Origin: Cyanophora paradoxa CCMP329
Lineage: Eukaryota > Plantae > Glaucophyta
Reading direction: 5' to 3'
DNA length: 64,000 bases
Assembly (NCBI GenBank): GCA_004431415.1
Contig: QPMI01000412.1
Coordinates: 62,001 to 126,000, forward strand
A program made the position numbers and the translations under genes. Positions 55,501 to 64,000 of this stretch are shown here, in pieces. Every line of letters starts with the position of its first letter. Within the stretch, counting starts at the first letter, position 1. The notes beneath the pieces are model-generated. The model made no database searches. It had not been told where the DNA came from and worked only from the letters and a program-made list of their open reading frames with translations.

Positions 55501-58500
55501 GCCGCTGGGCCCGTCGGACCTCTTCGACAGCCTGTACATCGCGGAGGTGGCGCCCCCGAAGGCCACCGCCCCCCTCCCCGTCGACCGCCTCGAAATGCGT
55601 GCGTCAGCCCCCGCCCCGCCCCGCGCCGGCCCCGGGGCGGAGGGTGACGGGGCGGGGCGGCAGGGGAGCTGGGCCTGCAGGAGCGGCGGGTGCGGGCGGG
55701 GTACCTGCTGCGGGGGGCGGCGGTGGAGCGGCAGGCGGCGCTGGAGGAGCTGGCGCACAAGCAGCGCATCTGGGGCGCCATGGAGCTCGAGGTCGAGGGC
55801 CTGCGCGCCGGCCGCGACCGCGACGCGCGCCTCATCGCCGCCCTCACCGCCGACCTCGACGAGGCGCGGCGCGCGCTGGAGGCCTCGCGGGCGGAGGGTG
55901 CCGACGTTCGGGCCGAGCTGCGGCGGGTGCGGGAGACGAGCGCGGAGGCGCTGCTGGACGCGCACCGCGAGGGCGAGCTGCTGCGGCGCGAGATCTCGGA
56001 GCGCATCGAGGCGCTCGCCAAGGCGGAAGGGGACCTCTCGCGGGCCCGCGCCGCCCTCCAGCAGCGCGACGCCCTCGTCCGCTCCCTCGAGGAGCGCATC
56101 GTCTCAGCCCGCCGCGAGGCCGAGGCCGAGGCCGCCTCGCTGCGCTCCGAGATGGAGAAGCAGGAGGCCGCCCTCACCGCCCGCATGGAGGGCGCCATGG
56201 GCGAGCTCCGCACCGCCCTCGAGGACGCCACCGCCGAGGCCCGCGCCGCCGCCGCCCGCGCCGAGGCGGCGAGCGAGGCCGCCGGGGCGCTGGAGGCGGA
56301 GCTGGGGGAGGCGAGGGAGGCGGGGCGGGCGGAGGAGGCGCGTGCGGCCGGGCTGGAGCGGGAGGCGGCGGTGCTGCGGGTGGACCTCGCGGAGGCGCGG
56401 GAGCAGCTGCGAGCGGCGCGGGAGGAGGCGGCGAACGCGCGGGCGCGGGCCGACAAGGCGGAGGCCGACCTCGAGGCGCTCCACGCGGAGGCCGCCGAGG
56501 CCGCCGAGCGCGCCGCCGCCGCCCTCCACGCCGCCCACCTCGTCCGCCCGCCCGCCCCGCCCGCCCCGCCGTGCTGCCGGGCCCGACGCCGCGCCGCAGG
56601 AGATGCAGGAGCTCGAGGCGGAGAACGCGCGCGCCGTGGCCTCGAGCCGGGGCCGCCGGCCCTCCAACGCCGGCGCGAGCGCCCAGGGCCACCGCAAGCT
56701 GAGCGCCGCGGGAGAGCCGCACGGGCGGCGCAAGTCGCAGCACGCCGGCAGCGGGCAGCGCTCGCGGGCGCCCTCGATCTCGATCGACGCGTCGCCCGGG
56801 GAGGGGCCCCGAGCCCGCTTCCGGGACGCTGCGGCCGCCGAGCACGGAGGCGCCGCGGCGGCGGGGCTCGCGGGAGGTGCCGGGCGGGGCCGGCGGGCGT
56901 CGGAGGCGATCGGGGATGCCCTGGCGCACTTTGAAGCGATGAAGGCGGCGGCCGCGCAGCACGCCGCCGCCTCGCCCGACGAGGGCCCCGACGCCGAGCT
57001 CAGCAGCAGCCTCCACAGCGGCGGCCGCCTCGGCACCGCCCCGACCCGCGCGGGCCGGCGGCCGGCGGGCCGGCAGCCGCGGCGGGGGCAGCCTGCGGTC
57101 GCTGGGGCAGCTGGGGCGGGGCGCGCGGGCGGCGGCGGCGGGCGGCGGGGAGGCGGACCTGGCGCGGCAGCTGCTGGAGGCCCTCGACCACGCCGTCGCC
57201 GGCAGCGACGACGAGGGCGACGGCGAGGGCGAGGGCGCCGCCAGGGAGGCCCCGGCCAGCGCCCCGGCGAGCGCCCCGGCGAGCGGCCTGGCGGAGTCGA
57301 TGTCCCGCGGGCGGCGGCTGCAGCAGCGGCGGCGGAGTGCCAGCGCTCGGGCCGGAGCCGGCCTCGGCGGAGGGACGCGGCCGAGCAGCGAGGCGGGGCC
57401 GCGCGCGGCGGCGGCGGGGCCGGCGGGAGGGCGAGGCGGGGCGGGCGAGGGCGGCGAAGAAGAAGGACCGGATGGGCCTGCTGGAGCTGGCGAAGCGCCT
57501 CGGGAGGCCCTCGAGGTGGAGCGCCGCATGCGCGAGGAGGCCGAGGAGTGCGTGGAGGGGATGCGCGCCGAGGTCCAGCGCGAGCGCGACCGCCGCGCCG
57601 CCGACCTCGCCGCCGCCGCCGCGCGGCCGCCTCGCCCGAGGGCTCGGAGGCGACCCCGGAGGAGCGGGTGCGGCTGGTGCGGGCGCACCAGGACGCCCTG
57701 CGCGAGGCCGAGGAGGCGTCCCGCGAGGCCGAGGCGGCGCGCGACGAGGCCGAGGCCCAGCGGCGCGCCCGCGAGCTCCTGGAGCAGGAGCTCGTGCAGC
57801 TGCGGGCGCAGCTGGCGGCCCTGCGGGAGCAGGCGGAGGCGGAGGAGGAGGAGCGCATCCGCTGGGAGGCCGAGCAGCGCGAGCGCATGCGCGCCCTCGT
57901 CCAGGGCGGCGGGGCGGCCCCCGACGCGCCCCCCGCCGAGTCCCCCGGCGGCCTCCGCCCGCCCTCGGGGGGCAAGGACAAGGGCAAGGCGGCCGCCTCG
58001 CCGCGCAAGCGGCCCTCCCTCCTCTCCGTCATCGAGGCGGCCGCCGCCACCTCGCCGCGGAGGCAGCAGCCGCCCCCGTCCCCGGCGGGGCCGCCGGCGC
58101 TGCGGCGGCGGCGGCGCTGGAGGGCGGGTGGAGGCGCTGGAGGGGCGGCTCGGGGCGCTGCTGGGGAGGGCCTCTTCGAGGACGCGCGCTCCCGCGAGCT
58201 CGCCGAGCGGCTGCGGCTGCTCGAGGACCTCGCCGCCCTCGACGCCGCCGACGCCGCCGCCCCCTCCCCCGCCGCCGCCCCGCCCCTCCCCGCGGAGCCC
58301 CGGCGGGGCCGCCCCGCCCCTGGGGGCGGCCGAGCGGGCGCGGCGCGTGCTGGGGATCTTCCGGCGGGAGATGCGGGGCGACCTGCGGCGCGCCTCCCTG
58401 CAGGTCGCCCTCGGCTCGGCGCCCCCTCGCGGCCGCCCTCGGGCCACGCCTCGGCACCCTCGGCGGGGACGGCGCCGCCCGGGGTGCGCTCGCAGGCGTG

Positions 58501-59074
58501 GCTGGGCCGCACGCTGCACGCCATCTACGAGGAGAAGCTCCTCGCCGACCTCGCCGCCTACCGCGCCGGGCCCGGCGCCCCCGTCGAGCCCCTCGCCTGC
58601 GCCGTCCTCGACTGGGCGCAGCGCCGCTACGGCCTGCGGGCCCTCGTGGAGGCGGCCATCGGGGAGCTCGCGCGCGCCGTCGGGCACCACCGCGCGGCCG
58701 CCCCGAGGCGGCCGCCTTCGCCGCCTTCCTCGAGGGGGCGCGGCGCGGGCGCAGCACCTCACCTTCTACCTCACCTGCCGCGCCATGATCTTCGCCCCGG
58801 GGCCCGCCGCCGCCCTCGCAGCCCCGGGCACGGCGGCCCCCGCGGCCCCGGCCCGTTCCTGCCCGGCGAGGCGGGGCGGCGGCAGGTGCCGCTCGCCTTC
58901 GCGCTGGACGTGGCGGCGAAGGCGCTGGAGGGGCCGGCCCGAGGCGGTGGAGCGGGCGGCGGGGCGGCTGCGGGGCGAGGCGGGGCCGGAGGGGGCGCTG
59001 AAGGCGAGCGCGCTGCTGGCGTCGCTGGTGGAGGAGTTCGGGCGGCCCTCGAGGCCTTCGAGGCCCGCGCCGAG

Positions 59075-59109
<35 letters not shown>

Positions 59110-60101
59110 GCGCAGGGCGGCCTCGACTTCGCCGCCTTCGGGCGGCTCGTGCGGCGGCTCCTGCCGGGCTGGCCCGAGGCGGCCGCCCGGCGGCTCTTCG
59201 AGGAGGCGGGCGGGCGGAGGGCCGCCCCTGCCCTCCCCGCCTTCCGCGCCCTCCGCGCCTCCCGCCACTTCTTCATGCAGCGCCTCGCCACGCCGGCCCT
59301 CCTCCGCGACCTCGCCGCCGTCGCCCCCGCCCCGCCCCGCCGGGGCCCCGACGAGGGCGGCCCCGCGGGGACCGCGAGCGCGACCGCGAGCGCGACGCGC
59401 GCGTGACCATCGCCGAGGGCTCGGGCGGCGAGGAGCCCTCGAGCAGCGACGGCGAGCGCTCGCCCCGGCAGCGCCGCCGCGCCCCGCGCCCCTCCGAGAA
59501 GCAGCAGCAGCAGCAGCAGCAGGGCCGCCGGGCGCGCGGCCGGCGGGGTGGAACGTGCACGGGCACCCGAGCGCGAGCTCGATCCCGGCGGGAGCGGCGG
59601 CGCCGGCGCCCGACACCCGGCGGAACTGGACGCTCTCGGTGGCGGACCTGCTCGCGGCCGGGCCGCGGCGGGGCGCGGGCGCGGGGCGGGGACCCCGCGT
59701 CGGCGTCGACGCCGGCGCTGCGGGAGGCGACGGTGGAGGTGGCGGTGGGCGCCCTCGTGCCCCCGCGCCCCTCGAGAAGGTCCTCGGCATGGTCGCGAGC
59801 CACTGGGCCGGCGTCCGCGACGTCGCCTTCTGGAAGAACTGGCAGGTCAAGCTCGAGAAGACCGCCGCCGCCTCCGCCGCCCCGCGCCGCCGCCGCAGCC
59901 CGCCCGCGCCGAGGCCGTCACGGCGGCCTTCGCCGCGCAGAGGCCGGCGGGGGCCCGTCGGTGCGGCGCGGGCGGCCGCCGATCGCGCCCCTGATGCTCC
60001 CCGCCGAGGCGCACGCCGCCGCCCTCGCCCAGCAGCGCGCCGCCTCCCCGCACGTCGCCTCCGCCGCCTCCCTGCCCCGCGGCTGGGAGGCCGACCCCTG
60101 A
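52581..60101 (+). CDS. Large coiled-coil protein with TSNAXIP1-like domains; hosts the snoRNA clusters
   Basis: RLRIYLVCMEQLSAEFKIYGPLLSIIK|REF resembles the TSNAXIP1 N-terminal domain. Later WLGRTLHAIYEEKL..DWAQRRYGLRALVE. The 3' half has apparent indel errors. Confidence 0.65.
53362..53452 (+). ncRNA. Intronic box C/D snoRNA, copy 1
   Basis: C box ATGATGA 53371-53377; D' ATGA 53395; hairpin tcggc/gccga; C' CGATGA; D CTGA 53440-53443. Guide ATTCCCTTTCGA is antisense to the LSU rRNA motif UCGAAAGGGAAU (recalled). Confidence 0.8.
53540..53636 (+). ncRNA. Intronic box C/D snoRNA, copy 2
   Basis: CTGATGA 53552-53558; same D' guide and hairpin as copy 1; CTGA 53621-53624; terminal stem gcgcgttg/cgacgcgc. 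Confidence 0.8.
54751..55426 (+). ncRNA. Intronic tandem array of five complete and one truncated box C/D snoRNA-like units
   Basis: AGGATGA..CTGA units at 54761-54843, 54945-55027, 55070-55151, 55193-55276 and 55335-55416, each with its own complementary terminal stem. D guide TATGTCTGGACC is antisense to SSU rRNA GGUCCAGACAUA (recalled). Confidence 0.8.
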
Positions 60102-60352
60102 GTCGGGCCCCGGGCCCGCGCCCCCCGCCTCTCTCTTTTTCAAACGCTTTTTGCCTTTCAACGCCAAACGACTTTTCTGTAAAGCGAAGCAGGAGCCCCC
60201 TGCTCGATTTCTGTGCACAGATGCCATTCAATTCGCGCCCTCCTAGTTTATGTTTGGTTAGCCTTGTAGGTTGATTATGGGATCGCTGTATTATTGTTGT
60301 ATCCATACGTTTGCACTGTCGAATTGTAGAGTAATGTGTCCGTGCTCGTGCA

Positions 60353-63300
60353 CTACGAGCGGCCGGCGCTGGTGGGAGGGGCGAGGCCGCCGCTGGTGGG
60401 AGGGGCGAGGCCTCCGCGCCCGCCGAGGGAGACGGGGGCCGCGAGGGCGCTCGAGAGGGCGGCCAGGTTGGACGCAGAGAGGGGCGCGATGCTGATGGAG
60501 ACGTTGTTGAGGCCTCCGGGCGAGAGGCCTCCGGGCGAGAGACCGCCGCCAGGCGAGAGGCCGCCGCCGAGGGAGAGACCTCCGGGGGAGAGGCCGCCCG
60601 GGGGGGCGAGGCCGCCGGAGGGGACGGCGAGGGGGCGGCCGGGGCCGGGGCCGAAGGCGGCGTGCAGGAGGGAGGAGGGGTGGAGGCCGGTGGGGGAGGG
60701 CAGGCCCCCGAAGTCGCCCGAGGGCGGGGCGGCGGCGCTGCGGGGCGAGCTGTTGACGGATCCGGAGGCCGGCTGCGCGGGGTCCGCCGAGTTGAGGGGC
60801 GGCCCCGCGGTGAGGAGCTCGTTGGACTGGATGGGGGCGGCGCGGGGTGGCTTCTTGGTGTAGCGGCGGACGTTGTTCTGCTTGAAGCAGGCCATGAAGT
60901 TGTTGACGGTGATGGTGAGCATGTCGGGGACCTTTCGCTCGGGCCGCGAGGCGGCGCTGGTGCCCGACGTGCCGGACATGCCGGAGAGGACGGAGCCCTC
61001 GGAGAGGGCGAGCTTGCCGCCGGTGCGGCTCATGGCCTTGCCGTAGACGCGCCAGAGGAGCAGGTCGAGGGCGCGGAGCGGGTGCTCGGGGTCGAGCCGC
61101 AGGATCGCCTCCCGGATGGCCCCCGCCGTCAGCAGCCGCGCCCCGTCCCCCTCCACCAGCTCCAGCAGCTGCCCCGCCGTCAGCGGGGCGGGGGCGGGGC
61201 GGGGCGGGGCGGGGCGGGGCGGGGGCGACCGTCTCCTGGACCTCGAGGATGTACTCCTCGCGCTCCTCGACCTGCTGGGCGCGGATGGTCTCGATGAAGG
61301 CCGACTGGTCCCCGTCCTCGTTCTCCTCGAAGAGCTTCTCGTACGTCACGATCTTCCCCTTCTCGTCCGCCTCCAGCGCCTCCAGGATCTCCCCGTACCG
61401 CTCGTCGCTCTTCGCTGCGCGCGCCCCGCCGCCCTCGGCCCCCGCCGCCGCCGCCGCCGCCCCGGCCCGCGGCCCCGCGGGGGCGCACCGGGGAAGAACT
61501 TGCGGAGGACGGCGCGCATGTGCTCCTTGGACATGCGGCCGGTCTTCTTGGCGTCCCAGGCCTGCAGGTGGGCCCGCAGCTCGTCCAGCATCGCCATGCT
61601 CGCCACGTACACCTCCTCCTCCACCTCCCCGATCAGGATCTTGTAGAAGCTGCGCGGCGGGGCGGTGAGAGGGGCCCGGCGGGGGCGGAGGGGGGGCGAG
61701 GGCGGGGGCGTGCATGTCGACGTCCGCTGCGCCGCCCCGCGGGCCCCGCGTCGGCGCCGGCGCGGCGGGGGAGGGGGCGGCGGTCGGCACCGTCGTAGGG
61801 GAAGCGCTTGCAGGCGTCCACGATGTTGTAAGACCACTCCACCACCAGCTGCCCGCGCGTGCACGAGGCGAGGCTCAGCCCGCGCCCCGCGCCCCGCGCC
61901 CCGCACCCCATCACGGCCGGCGCACCTCGTGCCTGCCTGCAGCCGATGGTCAGCGGGGCGCGGCAGGGGCGGAGCGGGGCGGGACGGGGCGGGGCGGGGC
62001 GGGGCCGCACGGTACTTGGACTGGAGGTAGGCCATCATGGCCTGGCCGAGGGTCTGCTTCTTGTGGCCGTACTGCTGCTTGTGCTTCCAGACGGCCTTGA
62101 TGATTGCCTCGAGGTCGCCCTTGGGCATGCGCTTGTTGCGCACCGTCCCCTCCCACTTGAGCCACTCGGGCACCTCGGGGCCCGTGCCGAGGCCGGTGAA
62201 GAGCGGGTCGTCGCAGGGCATCTTCTGCTTGAGGCGGTGGAGCTCGAACCAGAGCTTCTCGACCTCCTGCACGAGCCGCGTGACGAGGGCCGTCGTCGGG
62301 ATCTTGAAGCCGGCCGGGAGGCCCCCGAAGACCTCCGCCAGGAAGGGAGGGATGCGCGGCCTCGCCGCCTCCTCCTCCTTCGGCGCCGCCGCCGTCACCT
62401 CCAGCTTCAGGCCCTTGCCCTTGGCGCCCTTCACCGTCCGCATGGAGCCGCCGGCGGCGGGGGAGCGGGCGCGGGGCTTCTCGCCCCAGCCCCAGTGGCT
62501 GAGGTCGGGGCGGGGCGTGAGGCGCGCGGCGAGGTCGTCCCGCTCCTTGGTCGTGCTCGCCAGCCGCGCCGCCACCTTCCTGTCCGCCCCGCCCGCCTCG
62601 GCCCGGCCCCGCCCTCCGCCCCGCCCCGGCCCGCGACGCCCCGGGCGGCGCACTTGTGGGCGTTCTGTAGGGAGGAGTACTCCGCCTGCAGCTGCTCGCA
62701 CGTCTTCCGCTGCGCCCGCAGCTCCGCCTCCAGCGCCTCCGCCCGGTCCGTCGCCCCTTTCAGCGCCTCCCCCGCCGTCTGCCGGCGCTCCGCGTCGGCC
62801 CCGGCCCCGCCTCCGCCCCCCGCCTCTGCGCACCTTCTGCTGCGCGTCCACCTGCTTGAGCCTCGCCGCCGCTGCGCGCCGAGGGGCGTCAGCGGGGCCG
62901 GGGCGGGGCGGGCGGGGCGGCGGGGGCGGGGCGGGCGGGCCCTGCTCGTAGCGGCCCTTGAAGTCCTCGTTTTCCTGCGACGTCTCCTTGTAGCGCGCCA
63001 GGGAGACCCCAGCAGCTGCGCCCCGCCCGCCCCGCCTCAGCCGTCGCCCCGGCCCCGCGCGCCCTGCGCGGCCGGCGGGCGGGCGCGCGCCCTGCTCGTC
63101 TCCATCGCCTCCTTCGAGTCGGCTTTGGCCCGATCCGCCTCACCTGCCGCGCCGCCCTCGGCCGGGCGGCCCGGCGGCCCGGCGGCGGGGCCCGCGGCGC
63201 GCACGCTTGGCCTTCTCGGCGGTGGCGAGCAGCTCGGCCTCGCGCAGCTTCCACGCCTCCGCCTCCCGCCGCAGCCGCGCCGCCTCTTTCCTGCCGCCCG

Positions 63301-64000
63301 CCCCTCGGAGGCCGCCGCAGGGGTCGGGGCCCTGGCGGGGGCGGGGGCGGGGGCGGACGAGAGGGCGGCGACGCGCTCCTCGTAGTCGTGGCGGGCCTCG
63401 GCGACCACCTCCTGGACGTCCTCGCGGTAGTACTGCACCTCCTCCTCCATCGCCCGCTGCTTCTCCAGCAGCCCCCCGCTCGCCGCCACCGCCCCGTCGT
63501 ACTCCGCCTTGATCCGCGCCAGCAGCGGCCGGTAGATGCGGAACGCCGCCACCACCTTGTCTGCGCCCCGCTCGCACCCGCCCCGGCCCGCCCCGCGGCA
63601 CGGCGCGGCGCGCGGACCGAAGGCGGTGGAGAAGACGCGGAGGCGGGCGCCGAGTGGCTCCCTGCGCGGCGTGAGGCGGCGCGGGGCGGCCCCAGCGGGG
63701 CGGCCGCGGCGGGGCGGGGCGGGGCGGGCGCACTGGCGCTCGTCGGGGGAGAGCTCGCGGAGGGCGGCCTCGATGAAGTCCTCCACCTGCGCCAGGAAGC
63801 GCGGCTTCGGCGCCTCCGGCTCGAACGTCACCGCCCCCGCCGCCTCCGCCGAGACCAGCGCCGACGCCAGCGGCGACGTCGAGCGCTTGACGCCCAGCTC
63901 CAGCGCCCGCGCCCCGATCCCCTTCGTCCACCGGTACTCCTCGGGGATCCCGAGCTCCGCCTTGCTGATGTGCGTCGGCGAGAGCCGCCCGCCCGCCTTC
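60353..64000 (-). CDS. TSNAXIP1: Translin-associated factor X-interacting protein 1 homolog, 5' end outside the window
   Basis: PKPRFLAQVEDFI; FRIYRPLLARIKAEYD; FTGLGTGPEVPEWLKWEGTVRNKRMPKGD; EWSYNIVDACKRF; FYKILIGEVEEEVY; YEKLFEENEDGDQSAFIETIRAQ. Confidence 0.88.

Noticed and set aside
56900-60101. Programmed frameshifting or pseudogenisation of the large coiled-coil gene
   Set aside because: The shifts fall in G/C runs and resemble the indel noise between the duplicated copies; consensus error is the simpler explanation.
1-64000. Alternative genetic code (TGA readthrough)
   Set aside because: In-frame TGAs mostly fall in intronic CTGAC/CTGAG branch motifs, and the modelled genes end in TAA, TAG and TGA.

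Overview
Eukaryotic nuclear DNA that is very GC-rich, gene-dense and intron-rich. Most long ORFs in the supplied track are artefacts of stop-poor sequence reading through short introns. Splicing by hand gives about 16 genes: a partial TPR-like gene, a small QPMMGGYP-repeat zinc-finger protein, a kinesin-light-chain-type TPR protein, a SERINC, a large GlmS/GFAT-like amidotransferase fused behind an M50-like HEWGH domain, a coiled-coil protein, a predicted acylated SxIP low-complexity protein, a small secreted protein, a plant IVc-like bHLH-ZIP ending in PVA, myo-inositol 2-dehydrogenase, a BRCA1/BARD1-like protein with an inserted GCN5-type acetyltransferase, p31comet, two convergent TSNAXIP1-family genes and a few weak hypothetical genes. 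Non-coding features include two intronic box C/D snoRNA clusters (2 copies, and 5 copies plus 1 truncated), a ~1.2 kb diverged inverted repeat around a small gene, and a ~6.1 kb tandem duplication that is probably an assembly artefact. Donor sites follow an unusual GY(N)CGC pattern with many GC donors. The gene content suggests a flagellated archaeplastid alga, possibly a glaucophyte; this is inference only. All family assignments come from recalled motifs, not searches. Residual indel errors make some exon boundaries approximate.
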